This document shows positions 10,377 through 20,830 of a DNA stretch of 64,000 nucleotides, one piece after another. The notes beneath the pieces are model-generated. The model made no database searches. It was not told the DNA's origin and worked only from the letters and a program-made list of their open reading frames with translations. The stretch is from an uncultured Ignavibacteriales bacterium (GTDB taxonomy: Bacteria; Zixibacteria; MSB-5A5; GN15; FEB-12): the NCBI GenBank assembly GCA_964464605.1, contig CAYXJN010000001.1:317068-381067 (forward strand). Reading direction: 5' to 3'. Within the stretch, counting starts at the first letter, position 1. Every line of letters begins with the position of its first letter. A program made the position numbers and the translations under genes.

Positions 10377-11933
10377 GTGACCTCCCGAATTGCAAAACAA
10401 TCGGTTCAGCAGGCGACGGTGTTGATCGCTGTCGTGACTGTGCTCTCCCAACTCATGGGGATGGTGCGAGAAGGAATAATCGCCAACTATTTCGGCACCA
10501 GCGCCGAGTATGACACATTACTTTTGGCACTCACGGTCCCCGGTATTGTTGCCAGTATTCTGTTTCTGGTCATTCCCTCTGCCGCGATTCCAAGTTTACA
10601 AAACAGCGACGCCGCTCATGGCAAGTTGAGCCTTATCAGCGTTCTCAGTTCATCATTCTTTCGGGTTACGAATCTGCTGACTCTTGCTGTCACTCTTGCG
10701 TTGTTCTTTGCGCTTCCGTTAGTCGGTAAACTGATCGGCAGCGGTATTTCAGAAGAGCAGGCGGATTTGGTTGTTCGCTATGGCCGAATCTTTTGTCTAT
10801 TGATTCCGCTGAAATCCTACGAAGCTATTTTCCGTTCGCTCCTACAAGTCCGGCACCATTTTCTGTTTCCCGCCGTCGCGCCGCTTGTTTTCAACGGCGG
10901 TGTGATTTTGTTCATGGTGCTGTTATTTCCCTCGTTAGCATCGCAGGCGTTTATCATTGCCATGCTTCTCGCCACGCTTGTCCAAACCGTTCTTGTCGCC
11001 GTCCCGTTTGTCTGGTTGTCGCAATCGTTACAGTCAGATTCGCATACATCGCATAATAGCTTTGACACCAAATCATACATCCACTTTTTAGCGACGGTAA
11101 CGCTGATCGAAACAATCGGCGTGTTAGCTGATCCCTTTGACCGCTACATTGCCGGGCTATACTTAGACTCCGGTTATGTTTCCGCAACGAACTACGCGAA
11201 CATCACCTTTTTCTCACCGGTGCGAATTCTGATTTATTCCGTTTCGACTGCAATCTTTCCGCGCCTTGCCGAATACGCCGCGAAGAATGAAAAAGCAAAA
11301 CTCGCAGAATCGTATCATCGTTCATTGGCGCATGTGATTTTCTTCATGATTCCCGCGACAGTTTTTCTCTATTTATTCAGAAATGAAATCGTGCATCTGC
11401 TATTTGAACGAGGTAAATTCGACACCGAGTCGCATCGCATCACGGTTGAAATTCTCGAATATTATTTATTGGCGATTCCCTTTTTCTCCGCATTCCTGAT
11501 GCAATGCCGAATTTTCTATGCCCTCAAAAGCTGGCTGCCGTTTGGAATCATTCGAATATTGGCGATTGGCCTGAAAGCGGTCATAGGCTTTACCCTTATC
11601 AAAACCGATTGGGCGCTCGCGCTCGGCGGCGGCACAGTGCTTATGTTTGTTTTCTCCGCCTTAGCCGCTGAGTTTTACTTTCGGAGCAAACTCTGCCTGC
11701 GTTTGGCTGTCGGATCAGGCGAATTGCTCGCTAAGTCGTTGTTGTCAGCAGTGATAATATCTTTCATTCTCTGGGCCATTGGATATATTTTAGTGACCAA
11801 ATTCGAGCTAAGCGGCATTCTGCCACTTGTTGTAACCGCTTTAATTGTAATGATTTCACTCATCCTTTTGGATCGGAGGCTGAAAATCAGCGGGCTTTCG
11901 ATTCGAAATCTTTTCTCTAAATCGACCCGGTAA
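10377..11933 (+). CDS. murJ: lipid II flippase MurJ (MviN) family
   Basis: SQLMGMVREGIIANYFGTS, IFPRLA and LFERGKFD motifs; many TM segments. Confidence 0.85.
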   Translation: MTSRIAKQSVQQATVLIAVVTVLSQLMGMVREGIIANYFGTSAEYDTLLLALTVPGIVASILFLVIPSAAIPSLQNSDAAHGKLSLISVLSSSFFRVTNLLTLAVTLALFFALPLVGKLIGSGISEEQADLVVRYGRIFCLLIPLKSYEAIFRSLLQVRHHFLFPAVAPLVFNGGVILFMVLLFPSLASQAFIIAMLLATLVQTVLVAVPFVWLSQSLQSDSHTSHNSFDTKSYIHFLATVTLIETIGVLADPFDRYIAGLYLDSGYVSATNYANITFFSPVRILIYSVSTAIFPRLAEYAAKNEKAKLAESYHRSLAHVIFFMIPATVFLYLFRNEIVHLLFERGKFDTESHRITVEILEYYLLAIPFFSAFLMQCRIFYALKSWLPFGIIRILAIGLKAVIGFTLIKTDWALALGGGTVLMFVFSALAAEFYFRSKLCLRLAVGSGELLAKSLLSAVIISFILWAIGYILVTKFELSGILPLVVTALIVMISLILLDRRLKISGLSIRNLFSKSTR

Positions 11934-11962
11934 TTCGTTACAACGTTTCTCCTTCGACCCCC

Positions 11963-11990
11963 TTGACCATCCGGGGAAGTTAGCTATATT
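11963..11990 (+). promoter_or_regulatory. sigma70-like promoter of the rpmH operon
   Basis: TTGACC-N16-TATATT upstream of a GAGG RBS and the rpmH ATG. Confidence 0.55.
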
Positions 11991-12023
11991 GGACGGCTTA
12001 TTTGAAAAGAGGTAGTTAGAAAA

Positions 12024-12176
12024 ATGAAACGTACGTATCAACCGTCGAATCGGAAAATGCTCAACGACCATGGTTTCCGCGAGCGCATGAAAACCAAAAA
12101 TGGCCGCAAGGTCTTGGCGCGTCGTCGGGCCAAAGGGAGAAAACGGTTAACGGTCCAGGTTGCCAGAAAGAAATAA
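12024..12176 (+). CDS. rpmH: 50S ribosomal protein L34 (not in the ORF track)
   Basis: Hand translation [50 protein letters not shown]; lies directly before rnpA. Confidence 0.97.
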   Translation: MKRTYQPSNRKMLNDHGFRERMKTKNGRKVLARRRAKGRKRLTVQVARKK

Positions 12177-12507
12177 CCTCCCGCGCGATTGCCGACTTTC
12201 ACGTCAAAGCGATATCCGGACATTGTTCAAAGCGGGGGAGAGAATAACAACTTCGTTATTCACTCTGCTTTGGCTCCCCGGTGAACGCTTTTTGTTCGGA
12301 GTCTTCGTTAGTAAAAAACATGGAACTGCTGTCGTTCGTAATCGCATTAAGCGACTTTTCCGCGAAGCAGTCCGGCAAAACAAACAGGCTCTGAGCGCTA
12401 CCGGAATGATCGGCATCCTCCCCACTCATCAGGCAAAAGAAACGGATTTCCAGGTAATTCATGATGAAGTCAAGAGACTCTTCCGCGAACTTTCCGGCCG
12501 CAAGTAA
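12160..12507 (+). CDS. rnpA: ribonuclease P protein component
   Basis: [23 protein letters not shown] motif; synteny. Confidence 0.95.
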   Translation: MPERNNLPRDCRLSRQSDIRTLFKAGERITTSLFTLLWLPGERFLFGVFVSKKHGTAVVRNRIKRLFREAVRQNKQALSATGMIGILPTHQAKETDFQVIHDEVKRLFRELSGRK

Positions 12508-12730
12508 ACCGGTCTCTTTGTTCGCGTACCCCTTTATTTGGGCAATTTACCTGTACCGCCTCTTACTTTCCCCATTCTTTGCGAATAGTTGCCGTTTTAC
12601 TCCGTCGTGCTCCCATTACGGAGAGGGAGCATATAGAAAACATGGAGCAATTCACGGGAGCATGCTCACAGTTAAGCGTATTTGCCGTTGTCACCCCTGG
12701 AATCCCGGCGGATATGACCCGGTTCCGTAA
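12461..12730 (+). CDS. yidD: membrane protein insertion efficiency factor YidD (start uncertain)
   Basis: CRFTPSCSHY and RCHPWNPGGYDPVP motifs. Confidence 0.93.
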   Translation: MMKSRDSSANFPAASKPVSLFAYPFIWAIYLYRLLLSPFFANSCRFTPSCSHYGEGAYRKHGAIHGSMLTVKRICRCHPWNPGGYDPVP

Positions 12731-12755
12731 TTGAAAATTCTAACAGGAAGTTACT

Positions 12756-14486
12756 TTGGATAAGAAAACTATCGCTATCGTTGTTGCTCTTGGCCTTTTG
12801 GTCGTCTTCTGGTTTCCGATTCTTCAATTTCTGGGACTCTACAAACCACAGCCGACTCCAGAGCAAGCCCAGCAAACGGAACAAACCGCTCCGGCCACGA
12901 CAGACCAGACAACGCAACAGACTCCAGTAACTCCTGCTCAAATTGATAGCTCAGTTACAGCAAATACTATTCAACCGGCGGACACCACAGTCCCGGTTAA
13001 AACCGACACAATTGTCGTCACCACCAAAAAGTTCACGGTCACACTGACCTCGCAGGGTGGTGGTCCGATCGGTCTGCAGTTAAATGAACAATTTTATCGG
13101 GACGGCCGCCCAATCCAGATGCTTTCCACCGCGACCGAAGTTACCCCCGATGTCCGTTTTGCCAACAACACCTTCGCCGCATCGAGTCTGAACTACACTT
13201 GTAATCAACCGGCCGGCCGATATGACGCCAGCAACCAGCCGCTGGTTATCAGCTACACGTTCACCAATGCGCAAGGTGGCGCGATTGTTAAAAGCTACAC
13301 CTTCAAGCCGGATGAATACGATTATCAATTTACGCTGACGGTCGATCAGCCGGCGACCTTTGGATTCGAGCGGCAATATTATCTGAATTGGGGAACACCA
13401 CTCGTTCCGACCGAACCGCAGGTAAAGACCGATTACGAGGCGATGGAAGCGGTCGCGATGATGGGCGGCAGCCGTGTTAATCTCCACGAGTATGATGATC
13501 GTGGACAATTGAACCAATCTCTTCCCGGTACCACCACCTGGGCAGGTCTGCGTGAAAAGTACTATGCGGCAGTATTAATTCCGCTTGGTAAATCGGCAGA
13601 AGGTGTGCATGCAAAGGGACAGCGGAAAAAAATTACAACGTCCGAAGGATCGCACGAAGAACGCGCTCACACCGTTGCCCTTGATATGGATATTGCGAGC
13701 CTGAAAACGGTGACCGATTCCTTTACCGTGTTTGTCGGACCGATGGATTATTTCATGATGTCGAAATACGGCGTCGATTTGGAAGCGATGTTCGATATCG
13801 GCACCACGCCGGTGATCGGATGGATTATCAAACCATTTGCACTCGCGATCATGTGGCTGCTTCCGCTCTTGCACAAAATCATTCCGAATTACGGCGTCGT
13901 GATAATTCTCTTTGCCTTGATCGTGAAGCTTTTAACGCTGCCGTTGTCACTCAAGTCGATGCGGTCGATGAATGCGCTGCGCGATTTGGCTCCGAAGATG
14001 GAAGAGATGCGCAAGCGGTACAAAAATGATCCGCAGCAGTTAAATACGCAGATGATGAAAATGTACAAGGAGCACGGCGTCAATCCGCTTTCCGGATGTT
14101 TGCCGATACTGATGCAGATGCCTCTCTTTTTCGCCATGTTCTCGGTGTTCCGCTCGACCATCCTGTTGCGCAATGCCCCCTTTGTCGGGTTTATTAATGA
14201 TCTCTCCCGCGGCGCCAGCGGATTTTTGGATCCATACATTATATTAGTCGTGTTGATGATCGGCGCGCAGTTCTTGTCGCAATGGTTGACCATGAGCAAG
14301 AGCGGCGGGGCGCAGACACAGCAGAACAAGATATTCCTGTATGTCATGCCGCCGATGATGGGTTTCCTGTTCTATAGTTTTGCATCCGGATTGGTGCTGT
14401 ACTGGACCGCCTTCTCCTTATTCTCGTTGATCGATTACTACATCGTTCAGCGCGGATCGAAGAATGAGCACATTAAAGTAGCATAA
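12756..14486 (+). CDS. yidC: membrane protein insertase YidC
   Basis: NYGVVIILF..KLLTLPL, GVNPLSGCLP and SGLVLYW motifs; large periplasmic domain. Confidence 0.95.
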   Translation: MDKKTIAIVVALGLLVVFWFPILQFLGLYKPQPTPEQAQQTEQTAPATTDQTTQQTPVTPAQIDSSVTANTIQPADTTVPVKTDTIVVTTKKFTVTLTSQGGGPIGLQLNEQFYRDGRPIQMLSTATEVTPDVRFANNTFAASSLNYTCNQPAGRYDASNQPLVISYTFTNAQGGAIVKSYTFKPDEYDYQFTLTVDQPATFGFERQYYLNWGTPLVPTEPQVKTDYEAMEAVAMMGGSRVNLHEYDDRGQLNQSLPGTTTWAGLREKYYAAVLIPLGKSAEGVHAKGQRKKITTSEGSHEERAHTVALDMDIASLKTVTDSFTVFVGPMDYFMMSKYGVDLEAMFDIGTTPVIGWIIKPFALAIMWLLPLLHKIIPNYGVVIILFALIVKLLTLPLSLKSMRSMNALRDLAPKMEEMRKRYKNDPQQLNTQMMKMYKEHGVNPLSGCLPILMQMPLFFAMFSVFRSTILLRNAPFVGFINDLSRGASGFLDPYIILVVLMIGAQFLSQWLTMSKSGGAQTQQNKIFLYVMPPMMGFLFYSFASGLVLYWTAFSLFSLIDYYIVQRGSKNEHIKVA

Positions 14487-14488
14487 TC

Positions 14489-15897
14489 ATGCACGGTAAA
14501 AAAAAAGCGCAGATGTCCGTGATAGTATTGCGGCAATCATAACTCCTCCCGGCCAGGGAGGAATCGCCGCGCTCCGCATCGCCGGAGCACGGGCATTGTC
14601 GGTCTATCATAGACATCTGCGTTTCTTACATCCGTCCGATACGCCGAACGAAAAAACTCCGAATCCGTTCCTGTTACGACACGCATCATTTGTTCGTGCC
14701 GATGGCACACCGATCGATGACGTTCTCGCAGTCTTTATGCCGCAGGGGAGATCTTACACCGGACTCGATCAGATAGAAATTTTCTGTCACGGCGGCACGG
14801 CGGTAGCCCGATTAATTTTGCAGGAGCTGCTGAAATCGGGAATACGTTCTGCTGAACCGGGTGAATTTACCAAGCTTGCGTTCTTATCGGGACGAATCGA
14901 TCTCTCACAAGCAGAAGCAGTCGCGGAAGTAATAGCTGCATCCACCGAATCATCACTCAAAGCAGCCCAGGAACATCTGTCAGGTGCATATTCCCAAACG
15001 ATAGATACATTGCACAACGAGCTGGTTGCAGTGATTGCCGAGGTGGAAGCATCGATTGATTTTCCCGAAGAAGATTTCACGCCCGCCGAGCGATCAGCGT
15101 TGGATGCAAAACTCGAAAGTTTGCTCAACCGAATCGAGCAGCTGCTTGCCACATATAAGAGTGGTCGAATCATTCGGGATGGTTTCACCGTCGCGCTGGC
15201 CGGACGTCCGAATGCCGGGAAATCTTCTTTGTTCAATCTGCTTTTGAAAAAGGAGCGGGCGATTGTTGCACCCAAACCGGGAACGACACGGGATTATCTT
15301 TCGGAATGGATCGAACTCGATGGCTACGCCGTAAATCTCGTCGACACCGCCGGTCTTCGCGTAGGCGGTGGTGAAATTGAAAAGACCGGTCAACGCAGCA
15401 CGAAAAATATTATCTCGCGTGCTGACTTAGTGTTATGGCTCTTTGACGGATCGAAAGCGAATTGGAAATCGAATTTGACGAAGGATATCAGCGGCTTAAA
15501 AAATGCAAACTATCTGCTGCTATTCAACAAAGTCGATTTAGTGAAACAACATAAGACTGCCATAACATCTTTTGGCGCATCCGACAAGATGGTAGCGATT
15601 TCATCATTAAAAGGTGCGGGGATCGCCGAATTGCGAAAGCGGATTATCGAAAGTATCAGCGCGCATCTTTCAGACAGCAGTTCGGGGCAGATGGTCACCT
15701 CCGAGCGGCACCGTCAAAAACTTTCTACTGCCTTTAAAGAAATTAAAAACGGACGCACCAAACTGACATCGTCAGCGGCTGAATTGGTAGCCTTTCATCT
15801 GCGACAGGCGGCCGTGGCTCTTGAAGAGATAACCGGTAAAGTGTATACTGAAGAAATACTTGGTAAAATTTTCGCCAGCTTTTGTATCGGGAAATGA
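14489..15897 (+). CDS. mnmE: tRNA modification GTPase MnmE; apparent frameshift in an A9 run near the start
   Basis: DSIAAIITPPGQGGIAALRIAG from 14521; GRPNAGKSS, GTTRD, DTAG and terminal FCIGK; the ATG at 14489 is one base out of frame. Confidence 0.92.
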
Positions 15898-17762
15898 AAG
15901 ATTTTGATGTCATCATAGTCGGCGGTGGACACGCCGGAGTCGAGGCTGCCCTTGCGGTTGCGCGGATGGGCCTTACTGCAGCTATTATCACAATGGACGC
16001 GAAGCGTCTGGCGCTTATGTCCTGCAATCCTGCTATCGGCGGTATCGGCAAATCGCATTTAGTAAAAGAAATTGAGGCGCTCGGTGGGGTTATGGGGAAA
16101 GCGACCGATGCAACCGGCATTCAGTTTCGTCGTTTGAATCTTTCCCGCGGTCCGGCTGTTTGGTCAACTCGGGTGCAGTGTGATCGAAGAAGATATAATG
16201 AATACATTGTCGATTATGTAGCCGCTCAAAAAAATGTAAGCGTCGTTGAATCGTTAGCCGGTGCAATCTTAGTTGAAGATGGTATTACCGCCGGGATTCG
16301 CACCGAGGATGGGCGGGTAATAACTTCATCCGCTGTTATCATTGCTACCGGTACATTCTTAGGTGGGCTGATTCATATCGGTGAAAAGAAAATCAAGGCA
16401 GGTCGTATCGGTGAAAACGCCGCCTATAAAATGTCGGAATCACTCGATGCGATCGGATTCACGCTCGGAAGATTAAAAACCGGAACACCGCCGCGTCTTG
16501 ATGGAAAAACAATCGACTGGTCACGCTGCGAAATACAACCGGGTGAAGAACCGATTCCGTTTTTCTCGCGTTCATCGCAAAGAGGTGCATTTGCTCAAAC
16601 ACCATGTTATCTCACCTATACGAGTGAGAAAACAAAAGAGATCATCATGGCGAATCTGCATCGCTCCCCGATGTTCAGCGGGCAGATTCAATCAACCGGA
16701 CCACGTTATTGCCCATCGGTTGAAGACAAATTCTTTCGTTTCGCCGATAAGGCAGCGCACCAATTATTTCTTGAACCGGAAGGGGATGGCACAGATGACA
16801 TTTATCCGAATGGATTTTCGACATCGTTACCGGAAGAAGTACAGCATGACGCAATTCGCACAGTGATTGGACTTGAGGAAGTAATAATTACACGCCCCGG
16901 TTACGCAGTCGAATATGATTACTGCCCGACCCATCAGATAACGCCGTCGTTAGAAACCCGGTTGCTCCCGGGATTGTTTTTCGCCGGACAGATCAATGGA
17001 ACTTCCGGATACGAAGAAGCGGCAGGACAGGGAATCATCGCCGGTATCAACGCCGCGTTGAAAATCAAGAACGAGCCTCCGCTCATATTGGATCGCTCGG
17101 AAGCGTATATCGGGGTGATGATTGATGATTTGGTTACCAGATCGACCACCGAACCGTATCGATTGTTTACCTCCCGGGCGGAATACCGACTTGCGCTTCG
17201 GGAGGACAATGCGATCGACCGGTTGACCGAGTACGCCAATCAATACGGCCTGATTTCGGACGAAGAATATCGGGATCGCACGACACTGTTCAATGCGACC
17301 GAGGCATCGATTAAAAGCCTTCGTAAACAACGTGTTCCGCTTGCGGAGTTTCCGGAAATTATTCAGCGTTTCAAGCAGCCGGAAGCGAATATTGGCGTTG
17401 AGAAACTCCTAACGCAACCGGAAATGAATATTGACCAGGCAATGCCGGTTTTACAGGCGTTGTTGTCGGAGGTATCCACAGAAGCTCTCGAGCGCGCCGC
17501 GATACAAATCAGATATCGTGGATATGTGGAAAAGCAGGATCGGGAGATTCAAAAGTTCAAACAGATGGAGCGAGACCTGATCCCGTCAGGTTTTAGTTTT
17601 GAAAATATCAAAGGGCTGAAAAAGGAAGCATGGGAAAAATTCCAGCGGTTCCAGCCGGCATCTATCGGGCAGGCGGGCCGTATAGAAGGAATCACCCCGG
17701 CCGATGTTGCCGTCCTTTCCGTTTATATCAAGCGCCATAAAGTAGCGTCGTCACAGGTATAA
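15894..17762 (+). CDS. mnmG: tRNA uridine-5-carboxymethylaminomethyl modification enzyme MnmG (GidA)
   Basis: GGGHAG, MSCNPAIGG, GPRYCPSVEDK and GQINGTSGYEEA motifs; ATGA overlap with mnmE. Confidence 0.97.
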   Translation: MKDFDVIIVGGGHAGVEAALAVARMGLTAAIITMDAKRLALMSCNPAIGGIGKSHLVKEIEALGGVMGKATDATGIQFRRLNLSRGPAVWSTRVQCDRRRYNEYIVDYVAAQKNVSVVESLAGAILVEDGITAGIRTEDGRVITSSAVIIATGTFLGGLIHIGEKKIKAGRIGENAAYKMSESLDAIGFTLGRLKTGTPPRLDGKTIDWSRCEIQPGEEPIPFFSRSSQRGAFAQTPCYLTYTSEKTKEIIMANLHRSPMFSGQIQSTGPRYCPSVEDKFFRFADKAAHQLFLEPEGDGTDDIYPNGFSTSLPEEVQHDAIRTVIGLEEVIITRPGYAVEYDYCPTHQITPSLETRLLPGLFFAGQINGTSGYEEAAGQGIIAGINAALKIKNEPPLILDRSEAYIGVMIDDLVTRSTTEPYRLFTSRAEYRLALREDNAIDRLTEYANQYGLISDEEYRDRTTLFNATEASIKSLRKQRVPLAEFPEIIQRFKQPEANIGVEKLLTQPEMNIDQAMPVLQALLSEVSTEALERAAIQIRYRGYVEKQDREIQKFKQMERDLIPSGFSFENIKGLKKEAWEKFQRFQPASIGQAGRIEGITPADVAVLSVYIKRHKVASSQV

Positions 17763-17766
17763 TTTT

Positions 17767-18384
17767 GTGAGTAATTCCGATTCTTTTCTTCTCGAACCAT
17801 CCGCGCTCATAGCCAAGTACAACCTTCAATCTAAAGCCGAACAGTACTTTACCGTTCTTATGCAGCAGAATGAGAAGGTGAATCTTGTTTCACGTGAAAC
17901 AAGCGATGCTGGGCTTATTAAGCTTTTTGCCGAATCTATTCTTCCATTAGAAAAGCTTAACGGCGCAACATTCGAAAGCTACCTCGATATCGGGTCCGGC
18001 GGCGGATTCCCCTCGATCCCCCTTCTTTTGAATCAAACTGCAGAAAAAGGAACGTTGGTAGAGCGTACCGGGAAAAAAGCGAAGGCTCTCGAAAGTATGA
18101 CTGCTTCGCTCGGGCTTTCGGCGAAAGTAATCCCGCAGAATTTTGAAGAAATCAAGTTCGACCGGAAATTTTCCCTGATCACACTCCGCTATGTTACCCT
18201 GACCAAGCTGCTCAACACAAAAATCGAATCCATCCTTGAAAAGGGTGGCGTTTTTATCTACTTCTCAAGTGTCCTGCCAAACCTCATGCAGCCACGGGAT
18301 GGCGCAGTTTCACGTGAAACATTCCGCTATCAGATAGCCGGGGATCAAACACTCTTCGGGTACTCCATTTTCAGAAAAAAATAA
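17767..18384 (+). CDS. rsmG: 16S rRNA m7G527 methyltransferase RsmG (GidB)
   Basis: LDIGSGGGFPSIPL SAM motif; lies between mnmG and parA. Confidence 0.88.
   Translation: MSNSDSFLLEPSALIAKYNLQSKAEQYFTVLMQQNEKVNLVSRETSDAGLIKLFAESILPLEKLNGATFESYLDIGSGGGFPSIPLLLNQTAEKGTLVERTGKKAKALESMTASLGLSAKVIPQNFEEIKFDRKFSLITLRYVTLTKLLNTKIESILEKGGVFIYFSSVLPNLMQPRDGAVSRETFRYQIAGDQTLFGYSIFRKK
17886..17901. promoter_or_regulatory. parS: parS site 1 (inside rsmG)
   Basis: TGTTTCACGTGAAACA exact consensus; extends to a 20-bp perfect palindrome at 17884-17903. Confidence 0.92.
18306..18321. promoter_or_regulatory. parS: parS site 2 (inside rsmG)
   Basis: AGTTTCACGTGAAACA, 1 mismatch to consensus. Confidence 0.88.
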
Positions 18385-18403
18385 GGCAATGCCTTATTTT
18401 GTC

Positions 18404-18432
18404 TTGATTTAAACAATCGAGTTTGCTACTAT
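18404..18432 (+). promoter_or_regulatory. sigma70-like promoter for parA
   Basis: TTGATT-N17-TACTAT with a TG extension; GGAGG RBS before the TTG start. Confidence 0.5.
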
Positions 18433-18462
18433 CATCGCAATTGCTATATCCATGGAGGAAAA

Positions 18463-19221
18463 TTGGCAAAGGTTATTGCGATTGCGAATCAAAAAGGTGG
18501 AGTCGGGAAAACGACTACCGCAGTTAATCTTAGCTCATGCTTAGCAGCAGCCGAGCATAAAACGCTGCTTATCGACATGGACCCGCAGGCGAATTCGACC
18601 AGCGGGGTCGGTTTGCCGAAAGATCAGGTTGAGCTTTCCATCTACAATGTACTCGTCGAGGGGCGTCCGATTCAGGATGCAATCAAACCGACCGAATTGG
18701 CCTACCTCAATATCGTCCCCTCTTCAATTTCACTTGTCGGCGCCGAAGTCGAGCTGGTCGGAATGTTTTCACGTGAAACAAGGCTGAAAAGCTCAATCGA
18801 GTCGATTCGAAATGAATTCGAGTATGTTATCATCGATTGTCCACCGTCCTTAGGGCTTTTGACTGTCAATACACTCACAGCAGCGAATTCAGTCATTATC
18901 CCGATCCAATGTGAGTACTACGCGCTTGAGGGTTTGGGGCAGTTAATGAACACAATATCGCTTGTTAAGCAACATCTTAACAAAGAATTGGATGTCGAAG
19001 GCGTGGTTCTTACCATGTATGACGGCCGTCTAAATCTCTCCCGCCAGGTCTCAGATGAAGTCCGTAAGCACTTCAATGAAAAAGTCTATAAAACCACTAT
19101 CTCCCGAAATGTCCGACTTTCCGAAGCACCGAGTTTCGGAAAGCCGATCATTCTTTATGACATTCTCTCGACGGGAGCAGAAAACTATCTTTCGCTCACG
19201 CAGGAGGTCATAGGTAGATGA
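18463..19221 (+). CDS. parA: chromosome partitioning ATPase ParA (Soj)
   Basis: [23 protein letters not shown] and EAPSFG motifs. Confidence 0.97.
   Translation: MAKVIAIANQKGGVGKTTTAVNLSSCLAAAEHKTLLIDMDPQANSTSGVGLPKDQVELSIYNVLVEGRPIQDAIKPTELAYLNIVPSSISLVGAEVELVGMFSRETRLKSSIESIRNEFEYVIIDCPPSLGLLTVNTLTAANSVIIPIQCEYYALEGLGQLMNTISLVKQHLNKELDVEGVVLTMYDGRLNLSRQVSDEVRKHFNEKVYKTTISRNVRLSEAPSFGKPIILYDILSTGAENYLSLTQEVIGR
18765..18780. promoter_or_regulatory. parS: parS site 3 (inside parA)
   Basis: GTTTTCACGTGAAACA, 2 mismatches at the outer edge. Confidence 0.7.
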
Positions 19222-20096
19222 ATAAGGTCGTATTAGGCAAAGGGTTAGGTGCTTTGATTCCGACTGGAGAACAAGCCTCTCCCATTCAAAGCAAGTACAG
19301 GAGCATATCAATTGATAAAATAGCACCGAATCCGTTCCAGCCGCGGCGTGATTTTTCGGAAGAATCGCTACGGGAGCTTTCCGCTTCTCTTCGGGAGCAC
19401 GGATTAATGCAGCCGATCGTGGTCACGACGAACGGTTCAGGCTATACAATAGTAGCGGGAGAACGTCGTTTCCGTGCTTCGCAGTTAGCTGGCTTTGCAG
19501 ATGTGCCGGTGGTTGTGCTCGATGATATCGACAACAACAAAATGCTCGAACTCGCGCTCGTTGAAAATATTCAGCGTGAAGATCTCAATCCGATCGAAGT
19601 AGCAGAAGCATACAAGACACTTTTAGACAAATGCGGACTCACACAATACGAGCTGGCCGAAAAAGTCGGTAAGAGTCGTTCCGGTGTTGCGAATCTTTTG
19701 CGTTTGCTTTCACTTCCGGATAAAATAAAAGGGATGCTTCGCGCCGGTCAGCTCACCGAAGGACATGCACGCACCCTTCTTTCCTATTCGAATGAAACCG
19801 AAATGCTCATCATGGCAGATCGGATGGCCAACGGTACCATGACGGTTCGCCAGGCGGAGCAAGTTGCACCCGTCACGAAAACAAAGAAGCGACGTTTGGT
19901 GCCGACTCGTAAACTGCCGATGATTCAGGAAATTGAAACGAATCTCAAGCGGTTGTTGATGACATCAGTGAAAATTCATCCGAGTCTTAAAGGTGGCCGG
20001 ATTGAAATAGATTACTATAGCGATGAAGATCTGACGCGTATCATCGATCTGATGCGCCGGATCGAAATGAGTACATGGGACAAAGCCGGTATGTAA
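19218..20096 (+). CDS. parB: chromosome partitioning protein ParB (Spo0J)
   Basis: [21 protein letters not shown] and ENIQREDL motifs plus an HTH. Confidence 0.97.
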   Translation: MNKVVLGKGLGALIPTGEQASPIQSKYRSISIDKIAPNPFQPRRDFSEESLRELSASLREHGLMQPIVVTTNGSGYTIVAGERRFRASQLAGFADVPVVVLDDIDNNKMLELALVENIQREDLNPIEVAEAYKTLLDKCGLTQYELAEKVGKSRSGVANLLRLLSLPDKIKGMLRAGQLTEGHARTLLSYSNETEMLIMADRMANGTMTVRQAEQVAPVTKTKKRRLVPTRKLPMIQEIETNLKRLLMTSVKIHPSLKGGRIEIDYYSDEDLTRIIDLMRRIEMSTWDKAGM

Positions 20097-20830
20097 CGTT
20101 GACCCTCGCTGACGAGGGTACGTTAAAAAAATATTCGTTTCGTTTGCGTCGCTGGTTGTTGTTTGCGGCGGTATTGGTATCGGCGGGTGCGATTGTGTTA
20201 TCGCTTCTGTTGTTGATATCGATGAGTTCTGTAATTTCCCGTGCGCTCGAAACGGATGCACTCAGACAGGAGAACGCGCAACTGCTGTCGCTGCAAAAAA
20301 ATTATGCAGATCTGGAAGTAAATATGCGGCAGATGCAGGAATTTGTCGGACGCCTCGCTACTATCGCGGGTGTCGATTATGAATACGCGCTCGATTCCTT
20401 CGGCATTTCGAATGTACCGGGTGCGTCGACTATTATGCGTCCTCAAGAAAATATCGACTTCCCGGTCGGATTGCCCGTAGAAGGATTTATCAGCCGCGCC
20501 TTTTCTGATGAGCACGGCAACTATCATCCCGGTATCGACCTGGCCTGCCCGCTCGGTACGCCGGTGCTGGCGACCGCATCCGGGGTTGTCGAGTCTGCAG
20601 TGTTCGATCAGGAGTATGGATATGTGGTAACAATTCGTCATTCCGACACGGTAAAGACGCTTTATGGCCACAATCGGGAGATTTTAGTTGACCCGGGACA
20701 GCAAATTGATGTAGGAAGTCGTATAGCGTTGTCGGGAAACACCGGAAGGTCGACCGCTCCGCACGTACATTATGAAATTAGAATACATGATAAACCGATA
20801 AATCCTGTGGAAGGGCCAGAACATGATTAA
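20075..20830 (+). CDS. M23 family metallopeptidase with TM segment and coiled coil
   Basis: HPGID, YGH and GNTGRSTAPHVHYE motifs. Confidence 0.9.
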   Translation: MGQSRYVTLTLADEGTLKKYSFRLRRWLLFAAVLVSAGAIVLSLLLLISMSSVISRALETDALRQENAQLLSLQKNYADLEVNMRQMQEFVGRLATIAGVDYEYALDSFGISNVPGASTIMRPQENIDFPVGLPVEGFISRAFSDEHGNYHPGIDLACPLGTPVLATASGVVESAVFDQEYGYVVTIRHSDTVKTLYGHNREILVDPGQQIDVGSRIALSGNTGRSTAPHVHYEIRIHDKPINPVEGPEHD

